Part shown: piece after piece, positions 10,769 through 21,635 of the stretch
How positions within the stretch are numbered: the first letter of the stretch is position 1
Layout: every line of letters starts with the position of its first letter
DNA from: Nitrospirota bacterium
GTDB taxonomy: Bacteria > Nitrospirota > UBA9217
Assembly (NCBI GenBank): GCA_963751455.1
Contig: CAVVUN010000002.1
Span: 480,001-544,000, forward strand
Length of the DNA stretch: 64,000 nucleotides
Direction: 5' to 3'
Program-made: the position numbers and the translations under genes
The notes under the pieces: model-generated
Told to the model about the DNA's origin: nothing
Databases searched by the model: none
The model's input: only the letters and a program-made list of their open reading frames with translations

Positions 10769-10845
10769 GGTGGGCGTAGCTCAGTTGGTAGAGCTCCAGG
10801 TTGTGGCCCTGGTGGCCGCGGGTTCAAGCCCCGTCGCTCACCCCA
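10769..10845 (+). tRNA. tRNA-His(GTG)
   Basis: Encoded G-1, anticodon loop TTGTGGC, CCA end. Confidence 0.95.
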
Positions 10846-10857
10846 ATTTTTTTACCA

Positions 10858-10885
10858 TAGAGACGGTCGAAGCCGACCGTCTCTA
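10858..10885. repeat. REP-like palindrome
   Basis: TAGAGACGGTCG-AAGC-CGACCGTCTCTA, perfect 12-bp stem. Confidence 0.6.
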
Positions 10886-10904
10886 CAAGTTTTCAGAGTG
10901 ACCA

Positions 10905-10981
<77 letters not shown>

Positions 10982-11085
10982 GAATACCGTAAAATAAAAG
11001 CAGGGGACGAAGGATGAGGGACGCAAAATCGTCCATCGTCTCAGCGAAGTGAGCGGTCGTCCCTTATATATCAACGTTCTTTAAC

Positions 11086-11162
11086 GCGCCCGTAGCTCAG
11101 CTGGATAGAGTGTCGGCCTCCGAAGCCGAAGGTCGTGGGTTCGACTCCCGCCGGGCGCACCA
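11086..11162 (+). tRNA. tRNA-Arg(CCG)
   Basis: Anticodon arm TCGGC-CTCCGAA-GCCGA, CCA end. Confidence 0.95.
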
Positions 11163-11405
11163 ATATAATAGCTGACAATTGACAAACCGGTTACCGATAG
11201 AGTAAAAGGTTGCGGCAAGAAGCCACGACTGAAGCCCAATTTAGCAGCTCTCGCGTATCAACAAATCCCATATTCTTATTTTCCGACAAAATATTTTCTT
11301 CCAGAACCACAATAATACGATAAATTGCATTTTGATTTTTTTATAACACTATAGTACAATATATCGCAGGTTTAGTCGACTCTACCTTAGGTATGAGGTG
11401 TCGCC

Positions 11406-12329
11406 ATGAAATCTGTGAGTATTGTCATCTGCACCTATAACCGTGCTGCTGTTCTTGCAGATACACTTGAAACGCTCACATCATCAGTGCTTGGATATCA
11501 AGGACCGCTTGAAATACTCGTCGTGAATAATGCTTCAACAGATTCCACGAAAGAAGTTGCAACAAATTTTATTCGAAAACACCCACTATTGAACATTAAT
11601 CTAGTTTATGAAAAACAACCCGGCTTGTCTTTTGCCAGAAACGCCGGACTTATTCATGCACGGGGAGATATTATCTGCTTTATTGACGATGATGTCCTTG
11701 TGCCGGCGGGGTGGCTTCAAGGTCTGCTTCAGGCGTTTAAATTAGGTGACCGCATCGGTTGCGTTGCCGGGAGGATCACGCTGCGTTGGCCGGAGCTTCC
11801 AATCCCAAAATGGCTTGATAATAAATACTGCGGCGTGCTCAGCGAATTCAATTGCGGGGAAAAGTCATTTGTGCTGGACCGTGGAGGAGTTTTTATAGGC
11901 GCCAATTTCGCTATCACCCGGGAGGCTGCCTCCACAGTAGGTGTTTTCAAACCTGAACTGGGAAGAAAAGGCAATATCCTTTTGAGCGGAGAGGATACCA
12001 ACTACTCACAGCGGCTTTGGGAGCATGGCTTCTCCACGGCTTATTCCGCGGAAGGGCACCTCTATCACCGGGTTCTTCCAGAACAGCTGACGTATTCGTG
12101 GTTCTGCAGACGGTATTTTTGGGCCGGCGTTACGACGCATGTTTTGCGCCAGAAATGGTATTACCCTCTTTCAGGGGTCTGCAGGGTTGTGACCTGTTCT
12201 CTTTTGTTTCTTGCAGGAGTGATCTTCATGAACCAACGACGGATAGTCAGGTCCACATTCCGAATCATTAACACTGCCGGCGCTTTTTATGGCTGGTACG
12301 TCCGGACTGCAAAAAACTCAGTCAATTAA
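11406..12329 (+). CDS. Family 2 glycosyltransferase
   Basis: SIVICTYNR, VVNNASTD, FIDDD, SGED motifs. Confidence 0.9.
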   Translation: MKSVSIVICTYNRAAVLADTLETLTSSVLGYQGPLEILVVNNASTDSTKEVATNFIRKHPLLNINLVYEKQPGLSFARNAGLIHARGDIICFIDDDVLVPAGWLQGLLQAFKLGDRIGCVAGRITLRWPELPIPKWLDNKYCGVLSEFNCGEKSFVLDRGGVFIGANFAITREAASTVGVFKPELGRKGNILLSGEDTNYSQRLWEHGFSTAYSAEGHLYHRVLPEQLTYSWFCRRYFWAGVTTHVLRQKWYYPLSGVCRVVTCSLLFLAGVIFMNQRRIVRSTFRIINTAGAFYGWYVRTAKNSVN

Positions 12330-12338
12330 ACATTTTAG

Positions 12339-12367
12339 TTGCATCCGGCCCTAAAGATTTGTATAAT
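12339..12367 (+). promoter_or_regulatory. sigma70 promoter of tRNA-Lys/Leu
   Basis: TTGCAT-17 bp-TATAAT. Confidence 0.7.
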
Positions 12368-12395
12368 GTGCGGGTTTTGGATCATGCATCCGTTC

Positions 12396-12471
<76 letters not shown>

Positions 12472-12636
12472 TAAAAAAACTCAGGGAGCAGTGAGCAGCA
12501 GCAGCGATTCAAACAGCTGCTATCCGTTCACTGCTCTCTTTGTTGAAGCGTACCCCTCAGGAGCGAGATACGGAGTCCGATTCTTAAGGTGAGTACATAA
12601 CGTATTCGCTCGCTATGCTCCTTCAGAATTTATAAA

Positions 12637-12719
12637 GCGAGAGTGGCGGAACTGGCAGACGCGCCAGACTTAGGATCTGGTGGGCGACCATGGGGGTTCA
12701 AGTCCCCCCTCTCGCACCA
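12637..12719 (+). tRNA. tRNA-Leu(TAG)
   Basis: Anticodon arm CCAGA-CTTAGGA-TCTGG, longer variable arm, CCA end; lies before tig. Confidence 0.93.
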
Positions 12720-12820
12720 ATGATTCCGCTCGCACAGCAGCCGGATCGCCGGGAAGAGCACTGCTTCATCAACTTTTCATACAATCAGGATTTCAATTCT
12801 CACTCAAAGGTGGTATTTAC

Positions 12821-14110
12821 ATGAAAGCCGAAGTAGAAGACATAAGCCCCGTGAAAAAGAAACTGCACATTCAGGTGACGCCTGATGCGATCGCGCAGCA
12901 GATGGGAAAAGCTGTTGCCGATGTGGCGAAGAAGGCGAAGATTCCGGGTTTCCGTCCCGGCAAGGCGCCGAAGGCCGTGGTAGAGAGGCATTATGCGGCC
13001 GAGATCGAGTCAGAGGTCATCAACAAGGTGATTACCACATCCTACCTCCAGGCCCTTCAAGAACACGAATTGAGCCCGGTGGAGCTGCCGAATATCACGG
13101 ACATTTCACCCTTCGATAAGAGCGCGCCCCTTAAGTTCACTGCAGTCGTGGAAGTGCGTCCGAAGATCGATCTGGGTCAATATGAAGGCATCGAAGTGAA
13201 GGATGAGACCATCGAGGTGAGCGACGGAGAACTGAATGAGACGATTGACCGTCTCCGCGAGATGTACGCCCAGCTTGAAGTGGTAGAAGGCAGGCCGCTC
13301 GAGAAGAGCGACACTGCAATTATTGATTTTGAAGGGTTCCGGGAGGGCAAACCGATCGAGGGCGCCAAGGCATCCGGTCACATGCTGGCGCTCGGCACGA
13401 ACAGCCTTATTCCGGGGTTCGAGGAGCAGCTCGTCGGAATGAACCCTGGCGAAACCCGCGAGATCAAGGTCAACTTTCCTGCTGATTATACCAACAAGGA
13501 ACTGGCCGGTAAGGATGCCTCCTTCACGGTTACGCTGAAGGAGATCAAGAAAAAGGTGCTTCCCGAGCTGAACGACGAGTTTGCGAAAGACATCGGGGGA
13601 GACAAATCCGCAGAAGAACTGAAAGAGGGGATTAAAAAGGACATCGAGGCCCGGAAACGCGACGAACTTGCCTCAGAGCAGCGTGAAGAGATACTCACAA
13701 AGCTCGTAGATGCCCATTCCTTCGATGTCCCGCCGGGAATGGTTGAGCGCGAGCTCCAATCAATGGCCAGGCAACAGGCTACCCGCATGGCCAGGAGCGG
13801 GGCGGACGTTAAAAACTTCGATATCTCCGCATTCAGGGAGAAAAACCAGGCACTCGCTGAAAAGCGGGTCAAAGGCCTCCTGCTTCTCGACGTCATTGCA
13901 GAGAAGGAAAAAGTGGAAGTGAGCGACCAGGAATTGAACTCAGCCCTGGCCGTGATGGCGAGAAGGTCGAGCCAGACGGTTGATGCAGTAAAGAAATATT
14001 ACGATTCCCAGGAGGGCGGCCTCGATAACCTGAGAAACTCGCTCGTTCAGGAAAAGACGCTCAGTCTCTTGCTTTCCCGGTCGAAGAAGAGTTATAATAA
14101 AGCGGTTTAA
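12821..14110 (+). CDS. tig: Trigger factor
   Basis: IPGFRPGKAP signature, FKBP domain LIPGFEEQL. Confidence 0.96.
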   Translation: MKAEVEDISPVKKKLHIQVTPDAIAQQMGKAVADVAKKAKIPGFRPGKAPKAVVERHYAAEIESEVINKVITTSYLQALQEHELSPVELPNITDISPFDKSAPLKFTAVVEVRPKIDLGQYEGIEVKDETIEVSDGELNETIDRLREMYAQLEVVEGRPLEKSDTAIIDFEGFREGKPIEGAKASGHMLALGTNSLIPGFEEQLVGMNPGETREIKVNFPADYTNKELAGKDASFTVTLKEIKKKVLPELNDEFAKDIGGDKSAEELKEGIKKDIEARKRDELASEQREEILTKLVDAHSFDVPPGMVERELQSMARQQATRMARSGADVKNFDISAFREKNQALAEKRVKGLLLLDVIAEKEKVEVSDQELNSALAVMARRSSQTVDAVKKYYDSQEGGLDNLRNSLVQEKTLSLLLSRSKKSYNKAV

Positions 14111-14199
14111 GATATATACTTCGTGGGCCGCCTTCAGGGAAGGAAGGTTTTTCCTTTCATTGAAAACGGGAATGGCCCGTTCTACAAGGAGATTTTTAC

Positions 14200-14808
14200 A
14201 TGTCATTGATTCCGATGGTTATAGAACAGACAAGCCGGGGCGAGAGGGCGTATGATATTTATTCCCGCCTTCTTAAGGACAGGATTATTTTTCTCGGCAC
14301 GCCCATCGACGATAACGTAGCAAATACTATTATCGCCCAGCTTCTGTTCCTGGAGGCCGATGATCCCGACAAGGACATATACCTCTACATCAATTCGCCG
14401 GGCGGAGTGGTTACGGCAGGGCTGGCCATCTACGATACCATGAACTACATCAAGTCGCCGGTGTCTACGATCTGCATAGGGCAGGCAGCCAGCATGGGAG
14501 CTTTGCTTCTTTCGACAGGAACAAAAGGAAAAAGATTTTCGCTGCCGAATGCCCGTATCATGATCCATCAACCGATGGGCGGGTTCCAGGGACAGGCTAC
14601 CGACATAGAGATCCATGCCAAGGAAATACTGAAGATGAAGGAAACTTTGAACCGAATCATGGCGACTCATACGGGACAGCCGATCGAAAAAATACAGACG
14701 GATACCGACCGGGATTTTTTCATGTCGGGCGATGATGCAAAATCATACGGTCTCGTCGACGAAGTGATATCGAAGAAAGCGCCTCGTGGTGTTATAAAGG
14801 AGAAGTAG
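14200..14808 (+). CDS. clpP: Clp protease proteolytic subunit
   Basis: [32 protein letters not shown]. Confidence 0.98.
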   Translation: MSLIPMVIEQTSRGERAYDIYSRLLKDRIIFLGTPIDDNVANTIIAQLLFLEADDPDKDIYLYINSPGGVVTAGLAIYDTMNYIKSPVSTICIGQAASMGALLLSTGTKGKRFSLPNARIMIHQPMGGFQGQATDIEIHAKEILKMKETLNRIMATHTGQPIEKIQTDTDRDFFMSGDDAKSYGLVDEVISKKAPRGVIKEK

Positions 14809-14811
14809 GGT

Positions 14812-16059
14812 ATGACCGAAAAAGAAAAAAAAGAACATGTGACACCGCTCAAGTGTTCTTTCTGCGGCAAGGGGCAGGAGGAAGTAAAGAAATTGATAGC
14901 CGGCCCATCCGTTTTCATCTGCAACGAATGCGTCGATCTCTGCAATGAGATCATCGCGGAAGAATGGGAAGAGGCAAAAGAGGCCAAGCTTCCCCGTCTT
15001 CCGAAACCCGCCGAGATCAAACGGACTCTTGATGAGTACGTCATCGGCCAGGAGCGCGCCAAGAAGATACTGTCAGTAGCCGTTCATAACCATTACAAAA
15101 GGATCGGCATACAGCAGGAAATCGGGGACGAGGTGGAGCTTCAGAAAAGCAACATCCTGCTTATCGGGCCGACCGGAGTTGGCAAGACCCTTCTGGCGCA
15201 GACTTTGGCCCGGATTCTGGATGTGCCCTTCACCATAGCCGACGCGACCACTCTTACAGAGGCGGGATACGTAGGCGAGGATGTGGAGAACATCATCCTG
15301 AAGCTCCTGCAGAACGCGAATTACGACGTCGAGCGCGCCCAGCGGGGCATTGTATATATCGACGAGATCGATAAAATCAGCCGGAAATCGGAAAATCCCT
15401 CCATCACCCGGGATGTGTCTGGTGAAGGCGTGCAGCAGGCCCTTCTCAAGCTGATCGAGGGCACTGTTGCGAGCGTGCCTCCGCAGGGCGGCCGCAAACA
15501 TCCGCACCAGGAGTTCATCCAGGTGGATACCAAGAACATCCTGTTCATCTGCGGCGGCGCCTTTGTCGGCCTCGATACCATCATTGAGCAGAGGATAGGC
15601 CAGAAGGCCATGGGCTTTGGCGCCAACATCCAGAGCAAAAAAGAACGAAAGCTGAGCGAAACTCTTGCCAGCCTCCAGCCGCAGGATCTTTTGAAGTACG
15701 GCCTTATCCCGGAATTCATTGGGCGCATGCCGGTTGCGGCAACGCTCGAGGAGTTGGACGAGCATGCCCTTATCGATATTCTGACCCGTCCCAAAAACGC
15801 TCTCATCAAGCAATACCAGAAACTGCTGTCGCTTGAGGGCTGCAAACTCAGGTTCAGCGAGGGCGCGCTTGTAGCGGTATCGAAGAAAGCGATTACCCGG
15901 AAAACAGGGGCACGCGGCCTCCGCGCCATTCTTGAGGATGTGATGCTGAACGTCATGTACGATATTCCGTCCGAGCCCGGCATCAGGGAGTGCATCATCA
16001 ACGAGGAGGTCATCAACGAGGGGGCTGAACCGCTGCTGATTTATGAAAAAATAGCATAG
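14812..16059 (+). CDS. clpX: Clp protease ATP-binding subunit
   Basis: CSFC/CNEC zinc finger, [18 protein letters not shown]. Confidence 0.98.
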   Translation: MTEKEKKEHVTPLKCSFCGKGQEEVKKLIAGPSVFICNECVDLCNEIIAEEWEEAKEAKLPRLPKPAEIKRTLDEYVIGQERAKKILSVAVHNHYKRIGIQQEIGDEVELQKSNILLIGPTGVGKTLLAQTLARILDVPFTIADATTLTEAGYVGEDVENIILKLLQNANYDVERAQRGIVYIDEIDKISRKSENPSITRDVSGEGVQQALLKLIEGTVASVPPQGGRKHPHQEFIQVDTKNILFICGGAFVGLDTIIEQRIGQKAMGFGANIQSKKERKLSETLASLQPQDLLKYGLIPEFIGRMPVAATLEELDEHALIDILTRPKNALIKQYQKLLSLEGCKLRFSEGALVAVSKKAITRKTGARGLRAILEDVMLNVMYDIPSEPGIRECIINEEVINEGAEPLLIYEKIA

Positions 16060-16153
16060 GACGCACATACCGGAGGACAGTCGAAAATGACTGTCCTCTG
16101 GACTTTTGAGAGTTTCCGTCTTCCGCTTCCGTTGTCTTGCATGATCGGGATCT

Positions 16154-16741
16154 ATGAAAATACTGTCAGCAGAATTTGTCATAAGCGCGGCCGACCGGAA
16201 ACAGTTTCCCGCAGATAAAAGACCACAAATTGCTTTTGCCGGCCGTTCCAATGTCGGCAAGTCCTCCATTATCAATACCCTGCTTCACCGCAAAAGCCTC
16301 GTGAAAACGAGCACTACACCGGGTAAGACGCAGCTTATCAACTTTTTTATCATTAACGATACTTTTTTTTTCGTTGACCTGCCGGGATACGGGTATGCCC
16401 GTGTTCCCCGCTCGGTGACCGATGCCTGGGCGCCGATGATAGAAGGGTACCTGAAAGGCAGCGCCGGTCTCCGCGCGGTCGTCCTGCTTCTGGACGCACG
16501 ACGCGAGCCGGACGAGCGCGATTTTCTGCTTATCGACTGGCTCCGGCAGTATGAGATTCCCACAATTTATGCTCTCACCAAGTCGGACAAGATAACGCGT
16601 CAGGAAGCAGTACGCTCGCAGCGGGATGTCCATGCCCGTCTCGGAACCACGGAACAGCCTTTGCTCACGTCTGCAAAAAACGGGCAGGGAATCAGCGAAC
16701 TATGGGCTGAAATCAACAATCATCTGCGCAAACCCCGTTAG
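16154..16741 (+). CDS. engB: GTP-binding protein EngB/YihA
   Basis: GRSNVGKSS, DLPGYG, TKSDK. Confidence 0.93.
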   Translation: MKILSAEFVISAADRKQFPADKRPQIAFAGRSNVGKSSIINTLLHRKSLVKTSTTPGKTQLINFFIINDTFFFVDLPGYGYARVPRSVTDAWAPMIEGYLKGSAGLRAVVLLLDARREPDERDFLLIDWLRQYEIPTIYALTKSDKITRQEAVRSQRDVHARLGTTEQPLLTSAKNGQGISELWAEINNHLRKPR

Positions 16742-16820
16742 ATACGTTCTCTCATGATTCTCAGCTGAGTAGCGTTCAACGCCTGAAGACTAAATATCAA
16801 CCGGCCCACAGGAGTGCATC

Positions 16821-18353
16821 ATGCCGATTGCTTTTATAAAAGATCTGACCGGTTCACTGTTCTGGGCCGCGACGTTCAGTGTTTTTATTTATATCATCGC
16901 AACCATTGCGATCGGATTTTTGGCGAAAAAATCTACGTTATTAAAACCGGTCGGCTCAGGCCTGAATCTGATCTTTCTTTTCATCGCCGTGCAGCTTTTT
17001 CTCCGCCTCGGTGCGGCGGAATACCATCCCCGGGTTTCACGGCAGCTCGATTTTTTCTCATGGCTGATCTTTACCTTTGCAGTGCTTCGCCTGGCCGTAT
17101 ACCTCTACGGCGATCTCTACGTGGTCAGGTGGAAACGCGGCAGTTTCCCTGCAGCTTTTAAAAATATAATCGTGGTTTCAGTATTGGTCGTGATTGCCCT
17201 GGTCCTGCTCAAGGAAATACTGAACATCAACGTTACCTCTCTTATTGCGACCACCACCGTATTGACCGCCACTATCGGCCTGGCCTTTCAAGGCACTCTT
17301 GCCAACATCCTTGCCGGTCTTACTATCCACCTCGAGAAGCCGCTTAAGCAGGGCGACTGGATCGCGGCCGGGGGGCATGAAGGCCGGGTCATCGACATAA
17401 CGCTTCGCTCCACGAGGATACTGACAATGGAGCATAACGAAGTTTTTATTCCGAACGGCAAGATTTTGAGTGAAGCGGTCGTAAACTACAGCCTGCCGGA
17501 TACCACGGTGATGCGTGTTTTGTCTATAGGCGTCAGTTATGCAATTCCTCCCAATAAGGTGCGCAGCACGATACTCGATATAATATCATCGGTCCGGGGC
17601 GTGGCCAGGAAACCGGCTCCTGTTGTCAGAGTAAAAAACTACGGCGACTTCGCCATACAGTATGAGATCCGCTATCCCCTGGCCAATTTCGGATCGTATA
17701 TTGATACTGAATCCGAGCTCATGAACCTGCTGTGGTACAGGTTCAAACGGAGCGGAATCGACATTCCCATGCCGATCAGGAGCATAACGGTGCAACAGGT
17801 GACCCCTGAGACCGCGCAGGCCGAGAAGTCGCAACGAATCGATGAAATCGTACGGCTCATGGAAAAAGTGGAAATATTTTCACCACTCAGCAGGGATGAA
17901 CTAACAACGCTGGTCGCCGGTCTGAAGGTGATGTCGTATGCAGCGGGTGAGGTGCCGGTCCGGCAGGGTGCTCCCGGCGATTCGTTCTATATCATAAAGA
18001 GCGGCAAAGTCCATGTGGTGGTTGAGAAATCGTCTGGAGATTCGGCGGTTGTGGCTACACTGGGTCACGGCACCTTTTTCGGGGAAATGAGCCTGTTGAC
18101 AGGGGCGGTTCGGACCGCAAGCATCCACGTGATCGAAGACGCGGAATTCATAGTTATCGATAAAGAAAATTTCCGTTCAACACTCGCCAACAATCCTTCC
18201 ATTGCTGAATCCCTCAGCATCATACTCGCCGAACGGCAGGCAGGCCTGGAGGCCGAACGGGAACGCCTGGACGTGGTCACAATCGAACGCCGAAATAAGG
18301 ACGCAGGCAGGCTCTTGAGCAAGATAAAGGATTTTTTCGGTTTGATCAAATAA
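16821..18353 (+). CDS. MscS-family channel fused to a cyclic-nucleotide-binding domain
   Basis: IGLAFQGTLAN MscS pore helix; FFGEMSLLTGAVRTAS cNMP motif. Confidence 0.88.
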   Translation: MPIAFIKDLTGSLFWAATFSVFIYIIATIAIGFLAKKSTLLKPVGSGLNLIFLFIAVQLFLRLGAAEYHPRVSRQLDFFSWLIFTFAVLRLAVYLYGDLYVVRWKRGSFPAAFKNIIVVSVLVVIALVLLKEILNINVTSLIATTTVLTATIGLAFQGTLANILAGLTIHLEKPLKQGDWIAAGGHEGRVIDITLRSTRILTMEHNEVFIPNGKILSEAVVNYSLPDTTVMRVLSIGVSYAIPPNKVRSTILDIISSVRGVARKPAPVVRVKNYGDFAIQYEIRYPLANFGSYIDTESELMNLLWYRFKRSGIDIPMPIRSITVQQVTPETAQAEKSQRIDEIVRLMEKVEIFSPLSRDELTTLVAGLKVMSYAAGEVPVRQGAPGDSFYIIKSGKVHVVVEKSSGDSAVVATLGHGTFFGEMSLLTGAVRTASIHVIEDAEFIVIDKENFRSTLANNPSIAESLSIILAERQAGLEAERERLDVVTIERRNKDAGRLLSKIKDFFGLIK

Positions 18354-18601
18354 GTTGAAGCGTCATTTTTCCAACCTAAATAACCTCTGAAATGTTTCTT
18401 TTACCATCTCGCCTTTACTAATTTCTGGTGAAATAACCGATACCGTAGTCATAAAACCAATAATATTTCCAATATGATGCATTAAGTTTAACTAAGTATC
18501 TGTTTTTATTTATTTGATACTTAGGAATACAAATTGCAATATTCAAATTCATATTGTTATTTTAGGCTATTTTTTAAATATTCTAAAATCTAAAATTAGA
18601 A

Positions 18602-18631
18602 TTGACAAGAAGCATGAAACTTTGGTATTCT
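18602..18631 (+). promoter_or_regulatory. Candidate sigma70 promoter of the cytochrome gene
   Basis: TTGACA-18 bp-TATTCT in an AT-rich region. Confidence 0.45.
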
Positions 18632-18883
18632 TTAGTCTGTTTGGCTGCATCTTTTGTATTAAACAACGAAAGGAGTAGCCTGGAAGTGCGACATCCTTTG
18701 TCTTACCCTCAGAAGCCCGTCCGGCGACACTACAAATCTTGATGGAATTTAACTAATTTAATAAGAAAGGAGGCTATAGGCCGTACCGCTTAGCGGTGCT
18801 TTTCTTATAGTAATCACTTCTCTTTGCAGCTTTGCAGTTACAGGTACTATAACGATCACAAATGAAGGAAAGGAGAATTATTT

Positions 18884-21154
18884 ATGTATCGTAACTTTTT
18901 TTTAAAAGGAAACATTGTCGTAATTGTACTGGTAGTGCTTTGTATGGCGGTCCTGTTTACCGGCTGTAAAGGCAGCGACGGTGCGGCAGGCGCTGCAGGC
19001 GTGGACGGCCAGGACCTGACGTCTGCAGCCAAGCCCGAGACGTGCGCCGGGTGTCATGTTAGCGCGGGTGCTACGCATCAGGCGGTTTACAATCAATATA
19101 CGGATACCTCCAATCTTGACATTACGATCAATAATGTTTCGAGCTCTGCAAGTGGTACTTACTTTAACACAACGGTCCAGTTTACCGCCAGTGGCTCGGC
19201 GTATGCGCCTACGACAACTAATTTTAAGTCTGGATTCGATCAAACGACAGTTTATGCGGTCAAGTACAACAGCGCTACGCGCACATTTACTGACTCGACA
19301 TCATTTCCGACCGCAAGCTTCACATCAGCAGCATTGGACGGCGTATACACAGCGCCTGCTACGACCCTGACGTATGCGCCGGAGTCGTCTAATGCCCTGG
19401 TTTATGTCTATGCTGTCACGGGCAAACTTGCGACTGAAGGCATGCAGTTGTACTCGGACGTGGCCAACAAAGGGGTGGAATACGGCGATGTGGACACCTA
19501 CGTGTCTACCGCGAACGTATCAGGTTGTGAAAAGTGCCACGGTACGCCTTACATGAAGCATGGTTACAGGGCGGCCAGGGTGACCGGCCTGCCGGATTTT
19601 GCAGCTTGCAAAGTCTGCCATTATGATACGAGGACCGGCGGCCATCAGGGTTGGCAGCTTTTGGTTGATGACCCTGCTGCGTATGCAGCGCAAAATGGTA
19701 CTCCGACGACTGCGCAGAAAACCAAGTACGCATATAAAGCCAGTGTCATGAACGACGTGCATATGTCGCATGCCATGGAATTCGCCTATCCGCAGTCGAT
19801 GGCAAACTGCGCAACCTGCCACGAAGGCAAGCTCGTTTCCCTATTGACGGATACGAATTTCAAAGTGTCGACCTGCAGGAGCTGTCACCCGGTGACCGCT
19901 GCAGACGGGACTGATGCCAAGAGAGCGCCGGCACTGATCACCCTGATGAGCGACACGAGCTTGTCATATACCCATGGTAGCGAGGTTGGCAATCTTTATG
20001 CTGATGCGACGGCGCCAAATTGCGGTATGTGCCATAAGGCGGGCGGTAGTGCTCCGGAATTCAAGACAATTCACACCGGCTATAACTCCGAGATCTATGC
20101 TGATGCTAGTGGAACGAAGTATTCCGACGCCTTTACCGTCTCCATTGACTCCGTATCTGTGGCCAGCAACGTTCTTACTATCAAGTTCAGTGCGACTGAG
20201 TCTCTGGCTACAGCGCTTTCGGTCACGAGTATTAAACCAACCGTAATGGTCGGCTTGTACGGTTATGACACCAAGGATTTCCTCGTCGGCTCCCATGGCA
20301 AAACCATAGACACCTCTAGGGATCTGGAATATGTCGTAGGGACAACGCATCCGCGGTTCACGACCGTTTCGGCGGCTAACGGCAGCTGGGAAGTGACGGC
20401 AGACCTGTCAGCCTGGGCGGACAAGATCGCAGACGGCACGGTCAAGAGAGCGGAAATCGCTGTCATGCCGGAACTGAAAAATGCTGATGGTGTTGTCGTG
20501 GCACTCAATGCTCCTTCCAAAACCTTCGACCTTGTGGCCAAAGCTATTAATAATACGTTCTTCAGCCCCATCGTCAAGGTTGCGAATGGATGCAACACCT
20601 GCCATGACGCGCTTGCAACAACCTTCCATTCCGCCAACAGAGGCGGGAATATCGTTGTCTGCAGATTGTGTCACACTCCGATGTCCGGCGGTTCGCATCT
20701 GGAAATGCAGTCAAGATCGATCGATTCCTATGTCCATGCGATCCACTCGTTCCAGCCGTTCGATATCGGCGATATCGACTTCACCGATCCGGTGGAAGAG
20801 CTGCATTATGAGCATCACATCGAATCCACCTATCCTAACTTCACGATCTTGAATTGTGAATCCTGCCACAATGCGAATACATACAATGTGCCGGATCAGT
20901 CCAATTCACTGCCCGGTCTTCTTTCTTCGTCCGATACTGTCACGACCAGGACCATCAGTGGGGTGCCGAGCTATGTCACCGGTCCTGCTTCAAGGGCTTG
21001 TGGATCGTGTCACAGGACTGAATTGATCAACGAAGATGAAGCCGGCGGGCTTGCAGCATTCAACGAGCATACGAAAACGAATGGTTATATGCTCGAGGAG
21101 ACAGGTAGCGTTCTCGATGCAGTGATTGAGTCAATCATGGCAATATTCAAGTAG
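18884..21154 (+). CDS. Decaheme c-type cytochrome lipoprotein, OmcA/MtrC-like
   Basis: Lipobox LFTGC, G-x-x linker, 10 CxxCH motifs separated by beta-rich domains. Confidence 0.85.
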   Translation: MYRNFFLKGNIVVIVLVVLCMAVLFTGCKGSDGAAGAAGVDGQDLTSAAKPETCAGCHVSAGATHQAVYNQYTDTSNLDITINNVSSSASGTYFNTTVQFTASGSAYAPTTTNFKSGFDQTTVYAVKYNSATRTFTDSTSFPTASFTSAALDGVYTAPATTLTYAPESSNALVYVYAVTGKLATEGMQLYSDVANKGVEYGDVDTYVSTANVSGCEKCHGTPYMKHGYRAARVTGLPDFAACKVCHYDTRTGGHQGWQLLVDDPAAYAAQNGTPTTAQKTKYAYKASVMNDVHMSHAMEFAYPQSMANCATCHEGKLVSLLTDTNFKVSTCRSCHPVTAADGTDAKRAPALITLMSDTSLSYTHGSEVGNLYADATAPNCGMCHKAGGSAPEFKTIHTGYNSEIYADASGTKYSDAFTVSIDSVSVASNVLTIKFSATESLATALSVTSIKPTVMVGLYGYDTKDFLVGSHGKTIDTSRDLEYVVGTTHPRFTTVSAANGSWEVTADLSAWADKIADGTVKRAEIAVMPELKNADGVVVALNAPSKTFDLVAKAINNTFFSPIVKVANGCNTCHDALATTFHSANRGGNIVVCRLCHTPMSGGSHLEMQSRSIDSYVHAIHSFQPFDIGDIDFTDPVEELHYEHHIESTYPNFTILNCESCHNANTYNVPDQSNSLPGLLSSSDTVTTRTISGVPSYVTGPASRACGSCHRTELINEDEAGGLAAFNEHTKTNGYMLEETGSVLDAVIESIMAIFK

Positions 21155-21240
21155 GCGAGGTATGCGAGGCGGGCTTCGGCCCACCTCGCTTCTCTCCTGA
21201 GTTCACCGTGCTAAAAACTGCAGGTGGTAAGCGTAATTCC

Positions 21241-21272
21241 AGGCGGACCTTTTCGAGGGTCCGCCTTTTTTT
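21241..21272 (+). terminator. Intrinsic terminator
   Basis: AGGCGGACC-TTTTCGAG-GGTCCGCCT followed by a T run. Confidence 0.8.
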
Positions 21273-21383
21273 GGGCGTATTCGGGGCACTGCTCTCTATG
21301 TAAATTTTTCTTGCAAAATACTGATAAATAATCATAATAGGCGACTAAGGTCGTAGTTAGATCTTTACTCTAAATTAAATGAT

Positions 21384-21558
21384 CCTGAAAACGGCAGTTG
21401 GGCGCAGATGAACGCAGATAACCGCAGATCAAACAAAAGAATTTTTAGAGAAAAAAATTCACCCGCAGGGTGACTGCTTTTACGATACAAGAACGTTTTT
21501 TTATCCGACCTTATCTGCGTTTATCCGATTTTTCTGCGTCCCAAATGCTTTTTTTAGG
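21384..21558. mobile_element. 175-bp MITE (CCT...AGG family, diverged copy)
   Basis: Ends CCTGAAAACGGCAGTTGG / CCAAATGCTTTTTTTAGG; 5-bp TSD ATGAT; internal CGCAGAT repeats. Confidence 0.8.
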
Positions 21559-21635
21559 ATGATCAAAGGGGAGGTGCGAAAGCTGCCAACGGAAACATTC
21601 TAAGTAATACACTTTGCAACGAAAGGAGGAAGGCA

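Noticed and set aside
15073-16275. Long antisense ORFs (400 aa opposite clpX, 425 aa opposite topA, 320 aa opposite the MCP, 283 aa opposite hslU)
   Set aside because: Shadows of well-conserved GC3-rich genes with no motifs or expression signals.
16821-18353. MscS-cNMP fusion as a novelty
   Set aside because: Cyclic-nucleotide-binding MscS homologs are an already described class.
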